A stretch of DNA of 22,875 nucleotides, from the UHGV virus genome UHGV-0065784. One strand, given 5' to 3'. Made by a program: the position numbers and the translations under genes. The DNA is from a virus. This document shows positions 1 through 7,254 of the stretch, in pieces; positions within the stretch are counted from its first letter, which is position 1, and each line of letters starts with the position of its first letter. The notes below the pieces were generated by a model that worked only from the letters and a program-made list of their open reading frames with translations, did not search any database and was not told where the DNA came from.

Positions 1-259
1 CGAGCAACTTGCCCCCGCCTGTGACGCCGAAATGGTTGCCGATGTGCGCGTACTGGGGGCAATCGGCGTGGTCGAAACCACTCGTCCGGTGAATATGGCA
101 GCGCTGCAAAAATTCTTTGTCGAACAGGGTGTCTGGATCCGGCCTTTTGGCAAACTGATTTACCTGATGCCGCCCTATATTATTCTCCCGCAACAGTTGC
201 AGCGTCTGACCGCAGCGGTTAACCGTGCGGTGCAGGATGAAACATTTTTTTGCCAATAA
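1..259 (+). CDS. bioA: 3' end of adenosylmethionine-8-amino-7-oxononanoate aminotransferase gene, 5' part outside window
   Basis: Reading frame is open from window base 2 through the stop at 257-259; C-terminal peptide ...[20 protein letters not shown]...[31 protein letters not shown] matches my recollection of E. coli BioA; synteny with ybhB downstream. Confidence 0.85.
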   Translation, partial: EQLAPACDAEMVADVRVLGAIGVVETTRPVNMAALQKFFVEQGVWIRPFGKLIYLMPPYIILPQQLQRLTAAVNRAVQDETFFCQ

Positions 260-470
260 CGGGAAGTCAGCGTGAGGGTTTCTGGCTACACTTTCTGCAA
301 ACAAGAAAGGAGGGCTCTTGACGGCTCCCCGCCCTGAATGACGGGGATTCCCACTTCAACAAGCCGAACCTAAGCCGCGTGCTGCGATTCAGGGTTTACA
401 GGCTCTCCGTGGGCTAACACTGCCAGCCCGGCAGCTTTAATATTACGTGCCGCGTTAATGTCGCGATCAT
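260..470 (-). ncRNA. Predicted omega-RNA (right-end RNA) region of the TnpB element, overlapping tnpB 3' end and downstream right end; extent not determined
   Basis: Established TnpB biology places the guide-RNA scaffold at the 3' end of tnpB and the right end; region contains several short stem-loops (291-309, 327-346). No folding or covariance model was run. Confidence 0.3.
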
Positions 471-1500
471 GGTCTGCGCCGCATTCAGGGCAGTGCCATT
501 TACGAACATTAAGAGGCATTTTTTGCATGGTGAAACCGCAGCAACTACAGCATTTTGAGGACGGTAAATACTGGTCAATGGCGACCACTGACCGCCCGGC
601 CCATTTGCCTTTGTACTGGAGCTGGCGAACAAGTTCGCTCCAGCCTGCGTCAGCTATTGCTTTAGACAGCTTCGGGTTGCGGATCATGTTTTTCACCTTG
701 AGGGATTCGACGCAAACAACTTGGTTTTCGTTAATCAGTTTGCGGGACAACTTGTGCAGATTGTCCATCCGGCAATCGGCGATTTTCGCGTGGAGTCGGG
801 CGACCTTTAAGCGGGCTTTAATTCGGTTTCTTGAGCCTTTTTGCTTCCTGCTTAAACGTCGCTGTAGCAGCGTTAATCGCTTCGCATATTTAGCGGTGTG
901 GCGGGGATTGTCGGTTTTGAATCCGGTATCGGTGACGAATAAATCTTTTAAGCCCACATCAATGCCGACCGTTTTAGCGGTAACAGGCATTGATACAGGT
1001 TCAAACTCACACAGGCAGGAAACAAAGTACCTGCCAGCGCTATCTCTGGAAATGGTAACGGTTGACGGCGCAGATGGTAATTCTCGACTCCAGCGAACAT
1101 CCAGCGGCGACTTGCTCTTTGCTATATACAACTCGCCGTCACGGTGTTTAAACGCGCTGGCAGTGAACTCAGCCACCTGTTTGTGCCGTTTGCTTTTGAA
1201 AGCCGGATATGCAGCTCGTCCGGCAAAGAAGTTAGCAAAGGCGGCTTGTTGGTGGCGCAACGACTGCTGGAGGGGAACGCAGGAAACATCATTCAGCCAT
1301 ATGTATTCAGGCTCTTTTTTGAGCGCCGTAAGGCGAGCGTTGGCCTGTAGATAACCGATCTTTTCTTTTCGCTCGTAGTACGCATCGGTACGCCAACGAA
1401 GGATGGAATTGTAGACGAAGCGCACACAGCCAAACGTCTGAGCTAAAAGCTCAGCCTGCTCAGTTGTCGGGTAAAACCGGTATTTATATGCGCGTTTCAT
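370..1500 (-). CDS. tnpB: TnpB (IS605 OrfB-family RNA-guided nuclease, RuvC-like plus zinc finger)
   Basis: 376-aa ORF; N-terminal OrfB-type region, RuvC-I-like GIDVGLKD, RuvC-II-like VVCVESL, zinc finger CCSCCG...CPECG, RuvC-III-like HDRDINAARNI; catalytic D/E/D positions appear intact. Confidence 0.9.
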   Translation of the reverse strand: MKRAYKYRFYPTTEQAELLAQTFGCVRFVYNSILRWRTDAYYERKEKIGYLQANARLTALKKEPEYIWLNDVSCVPLQQSLRHQQAAFANFFAGRAAYPAFKSKRHKQVAEFTASAFKHRDGELYIAKSKSPLDVRWSRELPSAPSTVTISRDSAGRYFVSCLCEFEPVSMPVTAKTVGIDVGLKDLFVTDTGFKTDNPRHTAKYAKRLTLLQRRLSRKQKGSRNRIKARLKVARLHAKIADCRMDNLHKLSRKLINENQVVCVESLKVKNMIRNPKLSKAIADAGWSELVRQLQYKGKWAGRSVVAIDQYLPSSKCCSCCGFTMQKMPLNVRKWHCPECGADHDRDINAARNIKAAGLAVLAHGEPVNPESQHAA

Positions 1501-1608
1501 GTGTTCACATACTAAAGAGGAAAATGTGATTATGCAAAGTACAGTTAGTCGGAAAACCGCCTCCTTTCCTCCCCGGTCTGAAGGCCGAGGTTTCCCGGAG
1601 GCATTCTA

Positions 1609-2085
1609 ATGAAACTCATCAGTAACGATCTGCGCGATGGCGATAAGCTGCCGCATCGTCATGTCTTTAACGGCATGGGTTACGATGGCGATAATATTTC
1701 ACCGCATCTGGCGTGGGATGATGTTCCTGCGGGAACGAAAAGTTTTGTTGTCACCTGCTATGACCCGGATGCGCCAACCGGCTCCGGCTGGTGGCACTGG
1801 GTAGTTGTTAATTTACCCGCTGATACCCGCGTATTACCGCAAGGGTTTGGCTCTGGTCTGGTAGCTATGCCAGACGGCGTTTTGCAGACGCGTACCGACT
1901 TTGGTAAAACCGGGTACGATGGCGCAGCGCCGCCGAAAGGCGAAACCCATCGCTACATTTTTACCGTTCACGCGCTGGATGTAGAACGTATTGATGTCGA
2001 TGAAGGTGCCAGCGGCGCGATGGTCGGGTTCAACGTTCATTTTCACTCTCTGGCGAGTGCCTCGATTACTGCGATGTTTAGTTAA
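1609..2085 (+). CDS. ybhB: PEBP-family (kinase-inhibitor-like) protein YbhB
   Basis: 158-aa ORF with GGAGG 7 nt upstream of ATG; sequence matches my recollection of E. coli YbhB (MKLISNDLRDGDKLPHRH...), PEBP-like motifs. Confidence 0.9.
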   Translation: MKLISNDLRDGDKLPHRHVFNGMGYDGDNISPHLAWDDVPAGTKSFVVTCYDPDAPTGSGWWHWVVVNLPADTRVLPQGFGSGLVAMPDGVLQTRTDFGKTGYDGAAPPKGETHRYIFTVHALDVERIDVDEGASGAMVGFNVHFHSLASASITAMFS

Positions 2086-2093
2086 TCACTCTG

Positions 2094-2116
2094 CCAGATG
2101 GCGCAATGCCATCTGG
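2094..2116 (+). other. Perfect 9-bp-stem hairpin (ccagatggc-gcaat-gccatctgg) just downstream of ybhB stop
   Basis: Seen directly; not followed by a clear T-run, so terminator function is uncertain. Confidence 0.3.
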
Positions 2117-2175
2117 TATCACTTAAAGGTATTAAAAACAACTTTTTGTCTTTTTACCTTCCCGTTTCGCTCAAG

Positions 2176-2190
2176 TTAGTATAAAAAAGC
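2176..2190 (-). other. Lambda-type attachment site core (overlap region O) of an attR (P-O-B') junction
   Basis: ttagtataaaaaagc is the reverse complement of the lambda core GCTTTTTTATACTAA; the flanking ttcccgtttcgctcaag on the ybhB side matches the bacterial B' arm as I remember it; phage-derived sequence on the other side. Confidence 0.8.
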
Positions 2191-2330
2191 TGAACAAGAA
2201 ACAGTAAAAAACATTAATATCAATGTGTTATGAAGATTTTTGTCTAAATAATAGACTACATAATACTGCAAAACACAGCATGTGCAGTCACTATGAATCA
2301 ACTACTTAGATGGTATTAGTGACCTGTAAC
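2191..2330 (-). promoter_or_regulatory. attP P-arm remnant with Int arm-type binding sites (lambda-like)
   Basis: Reverse complement reads ...CTGTTACAGGTCACTAATACCATCTAAGTAGTTGATTCATAGTGACTGCA..., near-identical to the lambda P arm as I recall it; arm-type motifs GCAGTCACTATG (2284-2295) and AGGTCACTAAT (2315-2327); sequence nearer the core is more diverged from lambda. Confidence 0.7.
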
Positions 2331-2533
2331 AGAGCATTAGCGCAAGGTGATTTTTGTCTTCTTGCGCTAATTTTTTGTCATCAGAACATATCGCACTCCA
2401 GAGAAGCACAAAGCCTTGTGTGTCTCATAGGCTATGAAACAATCATTTTACATGGTTACTTCACTACTTCCGCACAATATGATATCGTTCACAATCTAAA
2501 AATATTAATAATTTATCCATTACCGCGGTTAAT

Positions 2534-2559
2534 GCCCGTCGCTTCCAACGGGCTTTTTT
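2534..2559 (+). terminator. Rho-independent terminator, likely the tI/sib-region remnant of a lambda-like b-region
   Basis: gcccgt-cgcttcca-acgggc stem-loop followed by TTTTTT on the plus strand; lies in lambda-like sequence beyond the P arm, where lambda has tI. Confidence 0.5.
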
Positions 2560-2705
2560 GTAAATTATATTTTTATTACCTTATATTAATATTGGTAATA
2601 TGTCTGCATGATGTTTTATATTTAATTTCGTTGACGTCAATATTTTTTGCCAATGTACTTACTTCTTTATGTGAGCAGTTCATATTTTTGACGCCAACGA
2701 AACAT

Positions 2706-5651
2706 TTAGTGCTTCCCTTCTATTAAGTCTAACCTAGCTTTTATTCTTTCTATTTCTCTGCGCTGCCATGCCGCCTCGATATAGAATAAGAGATCAGGTC
2801 TGACCCCCCATCTAGATCCTGCTGGCGTTATTTCAACGCGCTCAATGATGTCTTCCATTACCATCACTGGATTATCATCCTCATCAACAATGATGCTCCC
2901 GTCATTATCAGTCAGCGGCATTTCCCTTTGGCCAGTAATGACGTCATCATATACTGCGGGATAATCGTCATAGCAAAGAAAGGCATAGCGGCATGTTGTG
3001 CTTTCTTCTTCCATGAGTCCGTGAGAAATAAGAACATCACGAAGTTGCTGCGCGATTACACCATGATGTATCCTCGCCCCTTCTTCCCCCTTTATAGCGA
3101 CAGCGTTCAGCCATTTATAAGCGATATACCTGACGTCACCCCAGGCATCCAGCAATGCTTCGTCAGGAGAGACCGGCTCTGTCTTTAATGTTCCGTCACT
3201 GGTAATCACAGGATTGGAGCCAAGATAAACTGTCGAGAACCTGTTTCCCGGACCACCAAGAGCATTTACATTATCAAGATAAGGTTTAACATCTCCGTTC
3301 TCAAAAAGATGTTCGAGTGCGTTATATACCGCGCGACGTGGAGTACTGCTTCCGGAACCATGCAACGTTATCATTGCACCATCTGCTGAAGACGTTGTTT
3401 CACCTCCGCTAACGATTAATCTCTGAGCGGTAACATCATCAGACGGTACTTTCTTCGCAATAATGGCGTAATTACCCTCAAGTTTGACTTCCGCGCGAAC
3501 TTGTCCTGATGTACCTGCATGGACAGTCAGTGACTGGACGGCAACATCATCTGTGAAATCAACGGGTACAGGAACCGTCCTCACGCCTGACGTCGACATA
3601 AAAGTAGGAAGCGTTCTGTTAGGAGTGGCTCCGTAGACAAAATCCCTTGAAACAAATTCTTCCTGTTTAATTTTCACCCTGAAACAATACAAATCAGCCG
3701 GGTGACCATCGTGAACATAAGGATATTTTCTGTTGTTATCCCCTATGCTCCATGGGTTTAGAAAGTCTTCCCCACCGAAAATGTAGTACAGCCAGTTGTC
3801 TTTGATACAAACTGAACCAACACCAACCGCAGAGTTAACTATTCCGCCCTGATAAATCTGATCAGTAACATTAACCCACTCTACATTATCCAGACTCCAC
3901 TCATTGACGTTAACTCTGGTCATAAATGTTCTTGGATAATTTCCTGCATAACGGTTATCAGGTTCTCCTCCTTCCCACTCACCAAATGCGCGCTCACTGC
4001 CAAAAATAATCAGCTCATCGCCAACTTTGGCAAAAGGAAGGTTTGAGTGATGAACATTATTTGGGAAGCGAAGAGAATTCCATGATGTACCTAAATCAGA
4101 GCTTCTGTGCAATGAACTACCGGGTTGAGTACTTAATGTCCCCCTGGTCGTCAGATACAGAATGCCATCATAATATTTTACACATGGCTCAGATGCATTC
4201 GCCTCATATTCTACAGGTATGCGTCTGCGAACAAAGCTACCAGGAGAACCGAAAGCATCAGAGAAATAGAGTATCCCAAGCTCGCGTGGATCAATATCAC
4301 CATTATGGTAGCCAACAGCAAAACTGTTATCGCTAATCGTCGCAAAACTGTGAATCTCAGTAACAGGAGTGCTTCCGTCAACAAAAGAAGGAATAGTTCC
4401 AAGACTGGTTTTTCTCCATGGTGACGAGTGAAATGATGTACCAAAACTCCAGTATCTACCCTCGTTATTCTGATCCACATCCTGGGTATTTTGCGTCGTA
4501 ACTGTAAAAGTATTTTTATCAATAACAGTAGTCACCGTCATATTCCCGGTAACACCTGTAACACCAGAGTTTGAGAAGTTGACAAAATCACCAGCAAATA
4601 ATCCGTGATCAGTAATGCGAATATAAGCGACTTGCTGATTTGCTGCTTTCGTTATACCACCATAAACGCGAAGGCTGCGACTCATTGGGCGATCCCACAA
4701 CTCTGCAACCTGCAGTTTATTTCCGCTCACGGTCCGCGTCTCAATTACAGCAAAAAGGCGATTTCTGACAACCCCCATACTCATGCAGTGATAGTTAACT
4801 GTGGGATAGTTTTCATGTAAATCTGTAAGCCATTCCGGCGTTGTCCAGGTCTTCCCGTCATCTCCTGAGCGAACCCATGCAACATGGAGGTTATTTACAC
4901 CATGGCGGTCTCCAGCCATAAAAGGCGCATAGATGACATTGTCATATACAAACGTTTTATCCTGCGTCCAGGCGTTGTACCACGGTGTATCTGTAATTTT
5001 AAATAACTCTCCCTGGATAAAATCTTCAGAAGCATAAAAAAGAGGCTGACCCGGTATTCTCTCAAATAAAAAACGAGCATTTTTAAATCGACTGACATCT
5101 GGAAGAGTTGATACTTTAAAAGTAAGCCCTCGCCCATCTATCTTTTCACCACCTGTTGCAACAGAAAGTAATTCTGATAGAGCTGATGTGTCATCATGAA
5201 CACCATCACCAATAGCCCCCCAACCTCTTACATCATAACTGTCTCTCCATCTTGCTATCTGAAGTTTTGGGTATTTATTCGCTCCATCTGGGTCTTCTAA
5301 TTGCTGCCGTAACTGATCAGGATCATACTTCAGCACATTAGGAAAATAGAACTGCTGCGCACCATACGCATCATAAACAGCCATAGAATGGCCTTGCACG
5401 GTAACGAATTTGGCAATCTGTCCGTTATATACCGGATATCCAGCAGCGTTAATGATTATTGGTTGCGAAACAGGAATGTGAGAACCGTCTTCGTTCTCTA
5501 CATAAACCTGAATCTGGTTTTCAGGATTTACCGGGTCAGTGTCAATTTTACCGATATAAATTTTGCCATTGGCTACGGCTTTAAAAGAACGCGCCATAGT
5601 GAAGAGTTGCGAAGGCATACTCACTACAACATTGGCTGTAATGTCTGTCAT
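2706..5651 (-). CDS. Tailspike: P22-like N-terminal particle-binding domain, sialidase-like (Asp-box) receptor-degrading domain, C-terminal intramolecular chaperone (S74-type) domain; probable endosialidase
   Basis: 981-aa ORF; N-terminus [43 protein letters not shown]... closely resembles the P22 gp9 head-binding domain; Asp-box motifs SGDDGKTW and SSDLGTSW; C-terminal ~150 aa resemble self-cleaving chaperone domains of endosialidase-type tailspikes; GGAG RBS 8 nt before ATG. Confidence 0.85.
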   Translation of the reverse strand: MTDITANVVVSMPSQLFTMARSFKAVANGKIYIGKIDTDPVNPENQIQVYVENEDGSHIPVSQPIIINAAGYPVYNGQIAKFVTVQGHSMAVYDAYGAQQFYFPNVLKYDPDQLRQQLEDPDGANKYPKLQIARWRDSYDVRGWGAIGDGVHDDTSALSELLSVATGGEKIDGRGLTFKVSTLPDVSRFKNARFLFERIPGQPLFYASEDFIQGELFKITDTPWYNAWTQDKTFVYDNVIYAPFMAGDRHGVNNLHVAWVRSGDDGKTWTTPEWLTDLHENYPTVNYHCMSMGVVRNRLFAVIETRTVSGNKLQVAELWDRPMSRSLRVYGGITKAANQQVAYIRITDHGLFAGDFVNFSNSGVTGVTGNMTVTTVIDKNTFTVTTQNTQDVDQNNEGRYWSFGTSFHSSPWRKTSLGTIPSFVDGSTPVTEIHSFATISDNSFAVGYHNGDIDPRELGILYFSDAFGSPGSFVRRRIPVEYEANASEPCVKYYDGILYLTTRGTLSTQPGSSLHRSSDLGTSWNSLRFPNNVHHSNLPFAKVGDELIIFGSERAFGEWEGGEPDNRYAGNYPRTFMTRVNVNEWSLDNVEWVNVTDQIYQGGIVNSAVGVGSVCIKDNWLYYIFGGEDFLNPWSIGDNNRKYPYVHDGHPADLYCFRVKIKQEEFVSRDFVYGATPNRTLPTFMSTSGVRTVPVPVDFTDDVAVQSLTVHAGTSGQVRAEVKLEGNYAIIAKKVPSDDVTAQRLIVSGGETTSSADGAMITLHGSGSSTPRRAVYNALEHLFENGDVKPYLDNVNALGGPGNRFSTVYLGSNPVITSDGTLKTEPVSPDEALLDAWGDVRYIAYKWLNAVAIKGEEGARIHHGVIAQQLRDVLISHGLMEEESTTCRYAFLCYDDYPAVYDDVITGQREMPLTDNDGSIIVDEDDNPVMVMEDIIERVEITPAGSRWGVRPDLLFYIEAAWQRREIERIKARLDLIEGKH

Positions 5652-5719
5652 TTAATTTGCTCCAGATACAAGGAATCGCCGCAGCATTGCCACAGTGATG
5701 CATTATTAATCAAACAAAG

Positions 5720-5734
5720 AGACCACTGTGGTCT
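5720..5734. promoter_or_regulatory. 15-bp palindrome AGACCACTGTGGTCT, candidate Mnt-type operator in the mnt/tailspike divergent region
   Basis: Perfect inverted repeat around a single central base, sitting between the divergent starts of mnt (5798) and tailspike (5651); similar in style to the P22 mnt operator as I remember it (GGTCCACGGTGGACC). Confidence 0.55.
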
Positions 5735-5797
5735 TATTGAGGATGCAACCAGCAGATAATAAGATGCCGATCCACTCACAAAAGCGAGGCATCAAGA

Positions 5798-6049
5798 ATG
5801 GGAAGAGATGACCCGCAATTTAATCTGCGGCTACCTTACGAATTAAAGGAAAAACTAAAACAGCGAGCCAAATCCAATGGCCGCTCTCTTAATTCAGAAT
5901 TAGTTCAGATAGTGACTGATGCTGTATCAAAGCCATCCAAAATTTCAGGCTATCGAGACGATGCGGAACGCATCGCTGATGAGCAGTCAGAGCTTGTTAA
6001 GAAGATGGTGTTTGATACGCTGAAGGATTTGTACAAAAAACCCACCTGA
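5798..6049 (+). CDS. mnt: Mnt-like ribbon-helix-helix repressor
   Basis: 83-aa ORF MGRDDPQFNLRLPYELKEKLKQRAKSNGRSLNSELVQIV...DEQSELVKKMVFDTLKDLYKKPT, highly similar to P22 Mnt from memory; GAGG RBS; divergent from the late genes as in P22. Confidence 0.9.
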   Translation: MGRDDPQFNLRLPYELKEKLKQRAKSNGRSLNSELVQIVTDAVSKPSKISGYRDDAERIADEQSELVKKMVFDTLKDLYKKPT

Positions 6050-6066
6050 AGGTGGGTTAATTTTTG
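6041..6066 (+). terminator. Rho-independent terminator overlapping the mnt stop codon
   Basis: cccacc-tgaa-ggtggg stem flanked by an A-run upstream and ttaatttttg downstream. Confidence 0.5.
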
Positions 6067-6148
6067 CATTTACCTGGGCCATATTGACTACTTATAAAAT
6101 GAGATCAATATTTAATCGCCCAATAACGGGTGTATGTTGAGGTATATC

Positions 6149-6328
6149 ATGGCGAAAAAACCAGGTGAAAACACAGGAAAAAACGGCGGAATATACCAAG
6201 AAGTTGGCCCACGCGGCGGTAAGAAAGACAATTTTGCAACCGTCAAGGACAACGAAAGGCTTCCACCAACAACAAAGCCAGGTCATGGCTGGGTATTGGA
6301 TAAGCGAACTCCAGACAGCAAAAAGTAA
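6149..6328 (+). CDS. Small conserved phage protein (59 aa), YjzC-like by motif
   Basis: ATG at 6149 with GAGG 7 nt upstream and a TTGACT -35-like hexamer at 6085-6090; peptide MAKKPGENTGKNGGIYQEVGPRGGKKDNFATVKDNERLPPTTKPGHGWVL... resembles a small-protein family I recall as YjzC-like; the ORF-track start at 6134 is probably a 5-codon over-extension. Confidence 0.6.
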   Translation: MAKKPGENTGKNGGIYQEVGPRGGKKDNFATVKDNERLPPTTKPGHGWVLDKRTPDSKK

Positions 6329-6335
6329 TAATCAA

Positions 6336-6356
6336 GCCGGGTCACTCCGGCTTTTT
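6336..6356. terminator. Putative bidirectional terminator between convergent genes
   Basis: gccgg-gtcact-ccggc stem followed by TTTTT on plus strand and AT-rich on the other side; overlaps the last codons of the minus-strand gene. Confidence 0.45.
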
Positions 6357-6707
6357 GATATGTCGCTCGCAGAACTCAACAAGCCTGCTCATTAAGTAGC
6401 AGTAAGTCTCGTTGGCTCTTCCTGGTTCAACATCAACACCTACCCTTGAGCAGATATCGAATGCCATGTGAGCGCACTCATGGGCAATAGTAGATAGTTT
6501 GCCATTGAACACGCCTATCACATGCAAAACACCATTCTCGCTACTCATTGTATGAGACGCTCCGTTGGCGTCCGAGTCATGCACGTCAACGCCAAGTTTT
6601 TGATGCAGGCGTTGCCATTCTGGAAAGTCTCTACAAAACACAATTGTACCGCTCTCAAAGAGCGGAACGAGCATCTTTGGTACGTTTCCAATGTTAACTT
6701 TTTTCAT
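6342..6707 (-). CDS. Small HExxH protein, possible ImmA/IrrE-like (M78-type) mini metallopeptidase
   Basis: 121-aa ORF with AGGA 4 nt before ATG; motif HECAH followed about 20 residues later by [13 protein letters not shown], reminiscent of the HExxH...E-x-N-x-FA...LL signature of ImmA/IrrE peptidases; family assignment is from motif memory only. Confidence 0.6.
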   Translation of the reverse strand: MKKVNIGNVPKMLVPLFESGTIVFCRDFPEWQRLHQKLGVDVHDSDANGASHTMSSENGVLHVIGVFNGKLSTIAHECAHMAFDICSRVGVDVEPGRANETYCYLMSRLVEFCERHIKKPE

Positions 6708-6737
6708 GGTATCCTGCGCAAAACTAAGGAGGTTGGT

Positions 6738-7232
6738 GTGTCTGATTCTATGAGTTACGCTGTGCTAGTTGCCGCAACTCTATTTCTGGGGATAGGGTTG
6801 CAGATTGCGTGGTTCTTTTTTTCTAGTTTTATTAAACGTAAAAGAATTGAATCAAGGATATCTGAGATTTCTATTGCTATAGGGAAAAATGCTGAAAATC
6901 CAGAGAATGAGGCCTGCGCACTGAATTACCTTAAAGAAAAGTTTTCCCCTGAAAAATTTGAAAACAGAATTACTGATGCTCTTGGATTGGTAATATCAGT
7001 AATTCATATGCCACTAAGTTTGCTGATAACAGTGTGGTACTTCGCCATGATCGCCGGAAGAATATTTGGTTTCATGAATATAGAGCCTGTAGTTCTTTGG
7101 GTTCCAATGATACTGCAATTGTTGTTAAGCGTTGCTATCTTTATTTTTTCTGTTTTTATAAAAATTGTCTTCGGAAGATACCCCGGAGAAGCGAAGGGAT
7201 TTAATAAAGAATTCATAAAAACTATAAAATAA
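6738..7232 (+). CDS. Inner-membrane protein with three predicted TM helices at the sieA position of P22-like phages (candidate superinfection-exclusion protein)
   Basis: GTG start at 6738 preceded by AAGGAGG (6726-6732, 5-nt spacer); hydrophobic segments [75 protein letters not shown]; AT-rich; opposite orientation to late genes, between gp16 and mnt as sieA is in P22. No sequence match to SieA could be checked. Confidence 0.65.
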   Translation: MSDSMSYAVLVAATLFLGIGLQIAWFFFSSFIKRKRIESRISEISIAIGKNAENPENEACALNYLKEKFSPEKFENRITDALGLVISVIHMPLSLLITVWYFAMIAGRIFGFMNIEPVVLWVPMILQLLLSVAIFIFSVFIKIVFGRYPGEAKGFNKEFIKTIK

Positions 7233-7254
7233 ATGCCGTCCTTGGCTTACAGTG

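Larger units (their letters stand above)
260..1608 (-). mobile_element. IS200/IS605-family tnpB-only insertion element between bioA and ybhB (boundaries approximate)
   Basis: Single large minus-strand TnpB ORF filling the bioA-ybhB gap, which I remember as short in E. coli K-12; short hairpins at both flanks (e.g. 291-309 ctttctgcaaacaagaaag; imperfect inverted CCTCC/GGAGG repeats 1557-1602) consistent with subterminal hairpins; no terminal inverted repeats or tnpA seen. Confidence 0.5.

Noticed and set aside
458-1354. 298-aa plus-strand ORF, plus the smaller ORFs at 414-632 and 1144-1350
   Set aside because: They lie entirely within or antisense to the well-supported tnpB reading frame and have no protein-like features or recognisable RBS; treated as shadow ORFs.
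1551-1608. Imperfect CCTCC/GGAGG inverted repeats upstream of ybhB as a stand-alone regulatory element
   Set aside because: It cannot be separated from the ybhB ribosome-binding site (GGAGG) and the presumed left end of the TnpB element; folded into the mobile-element call.
2310-2726. 138-aa plus-strand ORF downstream of the att core
   Set aside because: It spans the attP P-arm/b-region remnant and contains the tI-like terminator; very AT-rich, low-complexity hydrophobic translation; non-coding lambda-like sequence is the simpler reading.
6165-6395. 76-aa plus-strand ORF overlapping the YjzC-like gene in another frame
   Set aside because: Overlaps a better-supported gene and the convergent terminator; no RBS.
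6522-6737. N-terminal 72 codons of the ORF-track frame 6522-7232
   Set aside because: This extension overlaps the minus-strand HExxH gene; a strong AAGGAGG with a GTG at 6738 gives a much better start, so the membrane-protein CDS was shortened.
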